Below, piece by piece: positions 30,623 through 39,758 of a DNA stretch of 64,000 nt. Positions within the stretch are counted from its first letter, which is position 1, and the number at the start of each line of letters is the position of its first letter. The DNA lies in assembly GCA_963788195.1 (NCBI GenBank), contig CAWBGA010000001.1, positions 32,001 through 96,000 of the forward strand, written 5' to 3'. The stretch is from Nitrospirota bacterium. Lineage in GTDB: Bacteria > Nitrospirota > Nitrospiria > Nitrospirales > NS-4. A program made the position numbers and the translations under genes. Below the pieces are notes generated by a model. The model saw only the letters and a program-made list of their open reading frames with translations, searched no databases and was not told the DNA's origin.

Positions 30623-31372
30623 ATGAAACCATTAAAGATGGCAGTCTCGGGGGTCCTATTGGTGGCGTTAATGCTGCCGTGGTCAGGAAAAGCGGCCGAA
30701 GACAGCCTAAAGGAACCCGCTCCCCCGCCCCAGAGCTTGGAGAACCCTAACCCTCCATCCGTGCAGAGCCCAGCAATGCCCCTCTATCGTGCGCCCAAGG
30801 GCTCGGTGCCAGGAGGTCGCCTGAAAGGGAGCATTCGGGGCGGTAAGGATTTTCCTGTCCTTCAAGTATTAGCTCCCAATCACGTAGGATTGACCCGGCA
30901 AAGGCAACCAATCCTCTACTGGTATATTTCGAAAGTCACTAAGTATCCTATCGAGTTCACATTGGTGGACAGCCGGGCAATTCAGCCCCTCATTGAGACA
31001 CGGCTGCGTCCACCCACTCAAGCAGGGGTGCAGCGTATCTCGTTGAGAGACTATGGGGTAAACCTGGATGAAGATGTGCCCTACCGCTGGTTTGTCACAT
31101 TGATCATCGATCCTTCGAATCCCTCGAAAGACGTCACTGCAGGAGCCATCATTGAACGCGTCGACTATGTGGAGTCTTTGCTTATTTTCGAAGAGGACCC
31201 GGCACGTCTGGCGAGTGCAGGGCTGTGGTATGACGCGATCCGCAAGCTTTCAGAGCTCATTGAAGCGAATCCGAATGACCACTTCCTTGGCATGCAGCGC
31301 GCAGCGTTGCTATCACAAGTAGGTCTGCCGGAGATTGCAGAGGCTGAGTTGAGGCGAAACGGAAAGCACTGA
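30623..31372 (+). CDS. DUF928 domain protein
   Basis: Signal peptide, GGR..GSIRG, GLT..RQPILYWY, YRWFV, GLWYDAI; follows the CHAT gene as is usual for this family. Confidence 0.85.
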   Translation: MKPLKMAVSGVLLVALMLPWSGKAAEDSLKEPAPPPQSLENPNPPSVQSPAMPLYRAPKGSVPGGRLKGSIRGGKDFPVLQVLAPNHVGLTRQRQPILYWYISKVTKYPIEFTLVDSRAIQPLIETRLRPPTQAGVQRISLRDYGVNLDEDVPYRWFVTLIIDPSNPSKDVTAGAIIERVDYVESLLIFEEDPARLASAGLWYDAIRKLSELIEANPNDHFLGMQRAALLSQVGLPEIAEAELRRNGKH

Positions 31373-31512
31373 GCAGCCCAGGTAGCTCCTGTATTTTTAG
31401 TATCCGACCAGATACGCGCAATCTCGATTTAGATGCACCAGGAAGTTCGCTATATAGATTTTAATACTGATGTCGTCTCCTGGTCACAGCCTACCGAACA
31501 CTCGCCGAGGCG

Positions 31513-31830
31513 CCATTACACCCGCCCGCCCCGATGACCGCCGAAGACGTCCTCTTTTCCCGGGGCACCCGCCCGCCCCGAGGCCGCCGAGACGCCTCCT
31601 GGCATATTTTTCCGAGTGCACCCGACCAGATACGCTCCCGAGGCCGCCGAGACGTCCTCTTTTCATGGCACCCACCTGCCCTGGAGTTTGCCAAGACTAA
31701 CTCCTTTGCCCCTGGCACCCGCCCGCCAAGCAAAGCTTGCTCGCCATTGCACCCAGCCCACCCCCGAGCCTGCCAATGCAGGCTCGCCCAACCCATGGAT
31801 CTGCCGGGGCAGACTCCTTCGCCCCTGCCG
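31513..31830 (-). repeat. Mosaic array B of hairpin repeat units (~7 units, reverse orientation)
   Basis: Recurrent CACCCGCCC heads with GCCGAGAC/GCCAAGAC loops and TTTGCCCCTGG-type ends. Confidence 0.85.
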
Positions 31831-31980
31831 AGTCGTTTCTCCCTTGGGCCTGATGGCTATGGAGGCCCCGGACAGATTCTCTGCAGGTTCCTAGCTGCCC
31901 TGGCAGTTTGCCATGACAGGTCCTTCGCCCTTGGACGGCCTCTTTGACCCGGCAATCACCCTGGAAAGATGCGTTGTCTG

Positions 31981-31996
31981 TGGCATGCCGAATGCC
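31981..31996 (+). promoter_or_regulatory. Sigma-54 promoter candidate
   Basis: TGGCATG-CCGA-ATGC (GG-N10-GC) upstream of the 32135 gene. Confidence 0.4.
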
Positions 31997-32134
31997 TATC
32001 TGATTTCTTAAGGCAGGGTTTGCCTTGGCGCTCTCGTAGCGCGCAATTACCCGGACGGTTGCAAATGCGTTCTATCGCCTGCGCACAAAAATGGGTACCA
32101 GCGAATCCATCTCGGCCTCGTATGAAGGAATAAT

Positions 32135-33067
32135 TTGCTCATCCGTCGCCGACCTCTTCTTCCGTTGACCTTTCTGGCACTCCTCGGCCTTATCGGTGCT
32201 GGACTGCCTGCCGCCACGTCCGCCAGTGAAATCGTTATTCTGAAGTCCGCTGATATCAGCGCCTATACTCAAGGAATCGATGGTTTCAGAACAGCCTTGG
32301 GCGGCGCCGCCACAATTACTGAGTACAACATGCAAGGAGATGTGGCACGCGGCCGCAAACTGGCGAGGAAGGTACGCGTTTCCAACGCGGATCTGGTTCT
32401 CGCTGTGGGGATGAAAGCCGCATTGGCCGCAAAACTGGAAATCACGGACATTCCGATTATCTATTGCATGGTGCTGAACCCTGAAAAAAACGGCCTGACG
32501 GCGCCAAATATGGTCGGCATCTTACTGGACGTTCCCGTTGACCGGCAGTTCAAAGAGATGCGCTCGGTGTTGCCGGGCCTCAAGCGGCTCGGCGTCTTAT
32601 ATGATCCGGAAAAGACCGGCGACCTGGTGGAAGATGCGCGTCGAGTAGCAAAGTCTTTTGGTGTCGACCTCATCACGCGCGCGGTCCATTCAGAAAAAGA
32701 CGTTCCGGCGATGCTCCGTACGCTGATGCCTCAGATTGATGCGCTGTGGCTGATTCCGGATAGTACGGTTCTGACGGAGGAGTCGATAAGCTTTCTTCTC
32801 ACTACGACTCTCGACTCCAATGTCCCGGTGATTGGGTTCTCATCGGAACTGGTACGAAGCGGGGCGTTGGTCGGCCTATCTGTCAATTATGAGGACATCG
32901 GCCGCCAGGCGGCGATACTGGCTCGCAAGCTCTTGAGCGCACAGCTCAAAACACCCGCGAGCTTTCCCCCGGAGAAGTTCCGGCTTGCCCTCAATTTGAA
33001 GACCGGTAAATTCCTGGGGGTCCAGATTGCGGCTGATGTCCTAAACCGAGCCGACCAGTTGTATTGA
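32135..33067 (+). CDS. ABC_sub_bind-type periplasmic binding protein (likely sensor partner of the kinase)
   Basis: Signal peptide, KRLGVLYDP, DALWLIPDSTV, LALNLKTG; no ABC permease or ATPase nearby. Confidence 0.85.
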   Translation: MLIRRRPLLPLTFLALLGLIGAGLPAATSASEIVILKSADISAYTQGIDGFRTALGGAATITEYNMQGDVARGRKLARKVRVSNADLVLAVGMKAALAAKLEITDIPIIYCMVLNPEKNGLTAPNMVGILLDVPVDRQFKEMRSVLPGLKRLGVLYDPEKTGDLVEDARRVAKSFGVDLITRAVHSEKDVPAMLRTLMPQIDALWLIPDSTVLTEESISFLLTTTLDSNVPVIGFSSELVRSGALVGLSVNYEDIGRQAAILARKLLSAQLKTPASFPPEKFRLALNLKTGKFLGVQIAADVLNRADQLY

Positions 33068-35353
33068 GTGAATATGAATGACGCTGTGATGGAACGTCCC
33101 AAGATCTCCAGATTTATCAGCCTGAGAACGAAATTCGTGCTGTTCATCAGTCTTATTGTTATTGCGGTCTGCTCGTCTCTCAGTTGGTACTTTATTCAGC
33201 AGCGCAGAGACCTCATGACGGAATCGTTGACCAACACCGGAAGGATCCTGGCTGAAAATCTGGCCTATAACAGCCGCAATGCCATCTTTCTTGAAGATCA
33301 AATCACACTAGGCCGCCTGATTGACGGGGTGTTGGAGGTGGATGACGTCGTCTACGTCGTCATGACGGGACCAGAAGGTAAACTCCTCGCTGCCCGAAGC
33401 AAAGGGGCTCTAATAGAGGAGAAAGAACCGGCGAGGTCGCCCGCTATTGCTGTGTATCCGGACCGGTCAGTGGCCGTGTCTCTTTTGAAGTCCGTTTCCC
33501 GGGAGAGTGTGATCACGCCGTTTATAACTGGCGGCGGGGCCACAAGAGAAATCCATATGAACCGAGGAAAGGGCGGCACCGTCACAATTCCTGTCACAAC
33601 CGACGGGACAGAAATGGTCTACGACTTCGCGATCCCGATCATGCGCCGAAGTGTCTCGTTGCCGCTGGTGCCGCCGCTCTCTTTAGACTCTGATCTTGGC
33701 GGTAAAGTTCTCGATGAGAAATCGAAGGTCTACGGGGTCGTACAAGTAGGACTGACGTCCGCAACGATGCAACGCGTTCTGGTATCGATCATCAAAAATG
33801 TCGTTCTGATCACGACACTGATCATCGTATGCGGCATTGCGGTTAGCTTTCTCCTGGCCGGGCACATCATTACGCCGCTCCGAAGACTGGCCTTTGCCGC
33901 TCGGAAGGTTGCCGAGGGGGATCTTACGGCATCTGTCCAGCCCACAAGTGAAGATGAGGTGGGCCAATTGACGCGGATCTTCAAGTCCATGATTGAGTCT
34001 TTGAAGGAACGAGACGCTGCGATCTCCGCGCATATCAATACGATCACAAAGCAGGTCCGACAGTTGACCGCGCTGAACAAGACGGGCGCGGCTATCGCTT
34101 CCACGCTGGACATCGATAAACTGCTGACGACAGTCTTGCATCTCCTTCTGGAGAACATGGGGTTTGCCAGGATGGCCCTCGTGCTCTATGACAGCGACGT
34201 GCGACGAGCGTATGGCATCAGAATCGCGGGTATCCCCGAAGAAACTGCGAACACGTTACAAAATCTGGAGTTCATCGTAGAGGATGACGGTAGCATCCAT
34301 GCCGAGCTGTTAATCCACGGCCGACCGGTGCTGGTCCCCGACATACGCGCGGTCGCACCCCGGATGCTGCCTGAGTTTCTCGCAGTCTGCCGGCAGGTGG
34401 GTGTCACTTCGTATGTCTGCGCTCCATTGAGAAGCAAGGAGCGCATTCTCGGATTTGTCGGGGCCGATCGCGCCCATCAGCCCTGCGCCCCCGAAGATCT
34501 CGAAGTCTTGACGACCATTGCCCATGACATCGCGGTGGCAATCGATAATGCGAGAGCCTACCAGCAGCTGGAGCAGCTTACGGCAACGCTGGAACAGCGC
34601 GTGCAAGGACGCACGCAGGAACTGCAGAGCGCCAACGAAAAGCTGAGAGAACTCGACCGGCTGAAGTCATCGTTTGTCTCGATGGTGTCGCACGAGCTCC
34701 GCACCCCTATGACATCGATCAAGGGATACGTGGATAATCTCCTCGATGGCGTGGCAGGCCCGTTGAACGAGAAGCCCGCCTATTATTTAAAGCGCGTCAA
34801 GCACAATGTCGAGCGCCTCACACGCATGATCAATGAGATGTTGGACCTCTCACGGATTGAGGCAGGCGCCGTGAAGTTGGCCGTCGGCGCTGTCTCGATC
34901 CCGGAATTATTGAATGACGTCGTAGAGGGGTTCCAAACGATCGCCCACGAGAAGGCACTGACCGTCAAAGCCCATGCTACGGAGGGATTACCGCATGTTC
35001 AGGGGGATCGCGACAAGCTGTACCAGGTCTTGAACAACCTGATTCAGAATGCCGTCAAGTTTACTCCGGATGGCGGCAGAATTCTTGTGGAAGCGCAGGC
35101 GGAAGATACAGGATTCATTAAAGTTGGCGTTTGCGATACTGGTTGCGGCATCGCCCCAGAGGAGCTGGGAAGGGTCTTCGAAAGATTCTACAGGGGGGAA
35201 GCCGTGGCCATTGAGAATCGAGGCGCCGGCTTGGGCCTGGCGATCACGAAGAATCTCGTCGAATTGCATCACGGACAAATCTGGGCCGAAAGTACTCCGG
35301 GCGAAGGCAGCCGGTTCTTCTTCACACTGCCCATCACTCACACCGGGGCCTAA
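33068..35353 (+). CDS. Membrane sensor histidine kinase (HAMP-GAF-HisKA-HATPase)
   Basis: Two TMs, DEVGQL HAMP, GAF, SHELRTPMTSI, NAVKFT, DTGCGI, GAGLGL. Confidence 0.95.
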   Translation: MNMNDAVMERPKISRFISLRTKFVLFISLIVIAVCSSLSWYFIQQRRDLMTESLTNTGRILAENLAYNSRNAIFLEDQITLGRLIDGVLEVDDVVYVVMTGPEGKLLAARSKGALIEEKEPARSPAIAVYPDRSVAVSLLKSVSRESVITPFITGGGATREIHMNRGKGGTVTIPVTTDGTEMVYDFAIPIMRRSVSLPLVPPLSLDSDLGGKVLDEKSKVYGVVQVGLTSATMQRVLVSIIKNVVLITTLIIVCGIAVSFLLAGHIITPLRRLAFAARKVAEGDLTASVQPTSEDEVGQLTRIFKSMIESLKERDAAISAHINTITKQVRQLTALNKTGAAIASTLDIDKLLTTVLHLLLENMGFARMALVLYDSDVRRAYGIRIAGIPEETANTLQNLEFIVEDDGSIHAELLIHGRPVLVPDIRAVAPRMLPEFLAVCRQVGVTSYVCAPLRSKERILGFVGADRAHQPCAPEDLEVLTTIAHDIAVAIDNARAYQQLEQLTATLEQRVQGRTQELQSANEKLRELDRLKSSFVSMVSHELRTPMTSIKGYVDNLLDGVAGPLNEKPAYYLKRVKHNVERLTRMINEMLDLSRIEAGAVKLAVGAVSIPELLNDVVEGFQTIAHEKALTVKAHATEGLPHVQGDRDKLYQVLNNLIQNAVKFTPDGGRILVEAQAEDTGFIKVGVCDTGCGIAPEELGRVFERFYRGEAVAIENRGAGLGLAITKNLVELHHGQIWAESTPGEGSRFFFTLPITHTGA

Positions 35354-35488
35354 ATTCCCCGGCTTCCTTTTCCTCTCTGTCGGTGCATGCAAAGAATACC
35401 CCTGCGTGAAAATCCTTGACATGCCCACCCCGGACTCTGTATCACTCGGCTGTGGTACGTAAACCTTCCGTATAGACCCGGGGAGCGT

Positions 35489-36756
35489 ATGAGCAAACTC
35501 ATAGGAATCGCCGGCCTTGTCCTCGTGGTCCTGTTGGACTATAGCGGACTCCGGCGTTTGCCGGCGGTTTCGCGCTTAATGAAAATGGCGCTGCCGCCAC
35601 AGGAAAGGGCACGGCCTTCGCTGGGGAAGCTAACGATCCCTCGGCGATCTTTTATAACCCAGCAGGCATCACTCAGTTGCCGGGAACCCAGTTGATGATA
35701 GGCGCGGCGGTGATCAAGTTGGATTCGACGTTTCGAAGCTCCACATCGGGTGAATCCACGCAGCTTCAAGACCAGTTTCCCGTAATACCCCATATTTACT
35801 TTACCCATCGGTTTAAAGGCTGGGGTGAACGGCTCTCCGTAGGTTTCGGCATTTATACCCCCTTCGGTATCGTCATCGATTGGCCGGATAATTGGCAAGG
35901 CCGGTTTGTGACCACGAATGACCGGCTGCGGGCGACGGTTTACAATCCAACGATCGCTTTTCAAGCGACGCCGAAGCTTTCCCTTGCTGCCGGGGTTCAG
36001 GTGGCTGATGTGGCCGCCGGGTTCGAGCAAAAGTTCAACGCCGGTAATGGAGAGTCAAAGGCCCGCGTACATGGTCTGGAGGCCCACCCCATCGGGTGGA
36101 ACGTCGGAGCCCTGTACCACATCACTGAGACCACATCCGCCGGGATTCAGTTCAGGAGCGAGCTGCAGGCGAAGCTGGAAGGCGAGGCCGCATTCAGCGG
36201 ACCGGCGTCTGCCTTGTTTGACAATACGGGATTTCGAACCAGCATCAAGCTTCCACCTCGCATAGTCGCAGGCATCTCTACAAAAATCATACCGCGCTGG
36301 ACGATCAACGCGGACATTGAATGGCAGGGATGGAAGACCGTCGGCACGATCCCAAAGAGTTTCGTGCCGACGTCCTCGTCGCCGGTGAGTCAAGCGGCGT
36401 TAAATTCCCAGGGGGAACGCTTATGGGAGAACTCCATGGTCTACAAGATCGGAGCGGAGTATGCAGCCACCGACCGTCTGGCGTTGCGCGGCGGTTATTT
36501 CTACGATGAGTCTGCGATACCCGATAGTACCTTTAGCCCCCTTATCCCGACGGCAAACCTTCATGCCCTGACCACGGGTTTTGGCTACAAATGGCCGCGG
36601 TTTACTGTAGATGTCGCGTATGTCTACGGTATCTATGAAAAGCGGTCAATTGATAACGGCACGATCGACCCCGATAACCGATCCGGGCCAACCGCATTCG
36701 GATCGTATTCCTCTACGGCCCAAGTCCTGATTCTCAGCGTGACAGCCAAGTTCTAA
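35489..36756 (+). CDS. OmpP1/FadL/TodX-family outer membrane transporter; frame break near 35540
   Basis: Signal peptide from 35489; second frame reads GFALNENG...DPSAIFYNPAG into ORF 35677-36756; C-terminal Phe. Confidence 0.87.
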
Positions 36757-36768
36757 GCCTACCTTATC

Positions 36769-36908
36769 GCACCCGCCCGCCCTGAAATCTGCCAAGACAG
36801 ATTTCTTTACCCCTGGCACCCGCCCGCCCTGAAATCTGCCAAGACAGATTTCTTTACCCCTGGCACCCGCCCGCCCTGAAATCTGCCAAGACAGATTTCT
36901 TTACCCCT
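36769..36908 (-). repeat. Array C: three identical tandem 47-bp hairpin units
   Basis: GCACCCGCCCGCCCTGAAATCTGCCAAGACAGATTTCTTTACCCCTG starting at 36769, 36816 and 36863, with no spacers. Confidence 0.95.
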
Positions 36909-36919
36909 ATCCGCCATTG

Positions 36920-36940
36920 CTGTCAGGTTTTCCCTGACAG
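36920..36940. promoter_or_regulatory. Dyad site CTGTCAGG-N5-CCTGACAG
   Basis: Perfect 8-bp inverted repeat; matches the site at 20892. Confidence 0.55.
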
Positions 36941-37038
36941 TGGATTTAACTATTACCCTTTTGCCCGCTTGGCAAGGCATGTTTTTCGCGTAATACTAGC
37001 AGGCGGAGTATGATCCTTTGCTGACGTGAGGAGGCACT

Positions 37039-38154
37039 GTGAGCAGTTCTATTCTCGTCGTCGACGATGATGCGGACATCGGCCTGCTCCTCTGCGACAG
37101 ACTGAAGGCGATGGGCCATGAGGTTCAAGCTGCCGCCGATGGGGAAGCTGCGCTTGCCGCGATCAGCCGGGACTTACCCATGTTGGTGTTTCTCGACGTT
37201 GAAATGCCGAAGATTAACGGCCTTGAGGTGCTTCGGAGAATCAGAAAGCAATGGCCGGAACTGCCTGTCATTGTCATGACTGCCTATGGCACAGTCGCCA
37301 GGGCGGTGGAGGCGATGAAAGACGGAGCGAGTGACTTCATCACCAAGCCTTTTGACATGGAGCAGTTGAGGGGCACCGTCGCCAAGGCTCTGGAACGCAA
37401 GGCGTTGAGCCGTGAAGTAGTGCGCCTGCTGGGTGACATCAGCCACGAGATCAAGAATCTTCTGATGCCGGTGGTCTGTGGAGCCGAGCTTCTGGAATCA
37501 GAAATCCATGAGTTGGTGGACCGGTTGCCGGAGATGGAGGCGGTCAAGGCGCAGGCGAGCCACAAGCTTTGCGATGAGGTCATTGCCATGCTGCGGGATA
37601 CCGCAGGACGTATTCAGGGGCGGACAAAGGAAATCGCCGATTACATGAAGGGTGTCGGGAGCGTTCCCCGGTTTGGGTCCTGTAGCATCGCCGGGGTTGT
37701 GGCTGGTGTGTTCAAGACTTTGCGACTCGTAGCGGAAGAAAAAGGCATTCTGCTCTGTGACGAAGGGCTTGATTCGCTGCCTGTGATTCGGGCCGATGAG
37801 CAACGTCTCTATACCGCGTTCTATAATCTGGTGAATAATGCGCTCGCCGAAGTGCCTGTGGGGGGCTCAGTCGTTGTTCGTGGGGAGGACCATCAGGATC
37901 GGGAGGAGCTGTGGCTGTGGGTGAGCGACACCGGGGGCGGCATGCCGCCGGAAGTTCGCGCCACACTGTTTACGATGCACACCATCAGTCTCAAGGCGGA
38001 TGGCACGGGGCTGGGCACCAGAATCGTTAAGGATGTCATCGAAGTGCACGGAGGGCAGATTTCAGTGGACAGCCAAGAAGGACGTGGGACGACCTTTTCT
38101 ATTCGTCTACCCTACAGGCCTCCGGAAATGAAAGCCGGCGAAGGTACACAATGA
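37039..38154 (+). CDS. Cytoplasmic hybrid REC-histidine kinase
   Basis: N-terminal REC domain, ISHEIKNLL H-box, DTGGGM, GTGLGT; GAGGAGG RBS. Confidence 0.9.
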   Translation: MSSSILVVDDDADIGLLLCDRLKAMGHEVQAAADGEAALAAISRDLPMLVFLDVEMPKINGLEVLRRIRKQWPELPVIVMTAYGTVARAVEAMKDGASDFITKPFDMEQLRGTVAKALERKALSREVVRLLGDISHEIKNLLMPVVCGAELLESEIHELVDRLPEMEAVKAQASHKLCDEVIAMLRDTAGRIQGRTKEIADYMKGVGSVPRFGSCSIAGVVAGVFKTLRLVAEEKGILLCDEGLDSLPVIRADEQRLYTAFYNLVNNALAEVPVGGSVVVRGEDHQDREELWLWVSDTGGGMPPEVRATLFTMHTISLKADGTGLGTRIVKDVIEVHGGQISVDSQEGRGTTFSIRLPYRPPEMKAGEGTQ

Positions 38155-39512
38155 GCGCTCCCGTTCTGGTCGTGGACGATGATGAGGATATTGCAACGAT
38201 CCTGTGTGATCGCTTGCGAGTCATGGGGTTCGAGACATTAAGCGCTCAAGACGGTGAGGCCGCGCTTCTGCTTCTTGAGCAGGAGCTGCCCGGTCTTGTC
38301 TTTCTTGACCTGGTCATTCCCAAAGTCAATGGCATTGACGTGTTGCGTCGTGCCCGGAAGGAATGGCCCGACCTTCCGGTCGTTGTCATGACGGCATACG
38401 GCACCATTTCCCGCGCCGTCGAGGCCATGAAAGAAGGCGCAACTGACTTCATCACGAAGCCCTTTGATGTTGATCACCTGAAGATCGTCGTTGAAAAGGC
38501 ATTGGAGCGCGGAGGCTTGAAACGTGAGGTCGCCGTGCTGCGCGCGGAGGTGGAAAGCCGTTTTGACCCACTCATCGCTTCCAGCCCGAAGATGCTGGAA
38601 GTGACAGAAATGGCGAAGAAAGTCGCGCAAAGTGATGCAACCGTTCTGCTGCTCGGCGAAAGCGGAACAGGGAAAGATCTGATGGCACGCTCGATTCATG
38701 CCTGGAGTCCTCGCCGGGATCGGATATTCTCGCCGGTGAACTGTGTGGCGCTTTCAGAAGAGCTTCTCGAGTCCGAGCTCTTCGGTCATGAAAAAGGCGC
38801 CTTCACCGGAGCCTCAGCGCAAAAGCGCGGCAAGATCGAGGTGGCTGATGGTGGCACGGTGTTCCTAGATGAAATCGGGGATATGAAACCGGGTCTTCAG
38901 GCGAAGCTCCTGCGTTTTCTGCAAAGCCGTGAGTTTGATCGTGTCGGTGGTACTCGGTCTGTAAAAGTAAATGTGCGCATCATTGCCGCCACAAACCGCG
39001 ATCTTCAAGCGGCGGTCAAGAGCGGAAGTTTTCGCTCTGACCTTTTCTTTCGCCTCAATGTGGTTCCTTTGACGCTTCCTCCCCTGCGTGAACGGACCAC
39101 CGAGATTCCTCAACTTGCCGAGCTCTTTATGAAGAAGTATTGCCGCGAGGGAAAGAAGCCCATGATGAAGCTGTCCCCGACGGTGCTCGACAGACTCACT
39201 GTGTATCATTGGCCGGGCAACGTCCGTGAGCTTCAGAACGTGATCGAGCGCGCGGTCGTGCTAAAGACCGGAGATTTGATTGAGCCCGGAGACTTGGCGC
39301 TACAGCAAATGGAGGAGGACAGGGGCACAAGCAATTCGCAGGATTTGCGGTTCCATGAATCGGTAGAGCAACATAAAAAACAGATTATTCGTCGCGCCCT
39401 GGCGCGCGCCGGCGGGAGCCAAACACAGGCGGCCGCGATGCTGGGGTTACAGCGCACCTACCTCGCGCGCCTCATCAAGCAGATGGACGTGGAGCCCGAC
39501 AGCACGCCTTGA
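38151..39512 (+). CDS. Sigma-54-dependent response regulator, copy 2
   Basis: GESGTGKD, GAFTGA; long stretches identical to 20989-22335. Confidence 0.95.
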   Translation: MSAPVLVVDDDEDIATILCDRLRVMGFETLSAQDGEAALLLLEQELPGLVFLDLVIPKVNGIDVLRRARKEWPDLPVVVMTAYGTISRAVEAMKEGATDFITKPFDVDHLKIVVEKALERGGLKREVAVLRAEVESRFDPLIASSPKMLEVTEMAKKVAQSDATVLLLGESGTGKDLMARSIHAWSPRRDRIFSPVNCVALSEELLESELFGHEKGAFTGASAQKRGKIEVADGGTVFLDEIGDMKPGLQAKLLRFLQSREFDRVGGTRSVKVNVRIIAATNRDLQAAVKSGSFRSDLFFRLNVVPLTLPPLRERTTEIPQLAELFMKKYCREGKKPMMKLSPTVLDRLTVYHWPGNVRELQNVIERAVVLKTGDLIEPGDLALQQMEEDRGTSNSQDLRFHESVEQHKKQIIRRALARAGGSQTQAAAMLGLQRTYLARLIKQMDVEPDSTP

Positions 39513-39555
39513 ATTTCCTCAGGTGAGCCTTATAATCATATTCTTGGGCTGAGAA

Positions 39556-39750
39556 CCGGGGAAAAGGAGTTTGTCTTGGCAAACTCCAGTGGCATAAAAG
39601 GGGGACAGGCTACTTTTTTTCGGTCGAAGCAAACATTTCTACCTTAGAAAAAGTAGCCTGTCCCCTTTTTCCACCACGGGCCAAAAGCCTGTCTAGGCAG
39701 GCTTGGGGCGGGTGGGTGAAATAGGATTCCAGGGTTGGGCGGGTGTAGTG
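39556..39750 (+). repeat. Mosaic array D of hairpin units containing a MITE-like element
   Basis: GGAGTTT-GTCTTGGC-AAACTCC, AAGCCT-GTCTAGGC-AGGCTT, GGGCGGGTG tails. Confidence 0.85.
39601..39665. mobile_element. 65-bp MITE/REP-like element with 18-bp terminal inverted repeats
   Basis: GGGGACAGGCTACTTTTT ... AAAAAGTAGCCTGTCCCC. Confidence 0.7.
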
Positions 39751-39758
39751 GAGGTGTA

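Noticed and set aside
31470..31947. Several overlapping short ORFs
   Set aside because: They are translations of repeat array B, with low-complexity Pro/Arg/Gly content
36769..36908. CRISPR array
   Set aside because: The units are contiguous with no unique spacers, there are no cas genes in the window, and the unit belongs to the dispersed hairpin family
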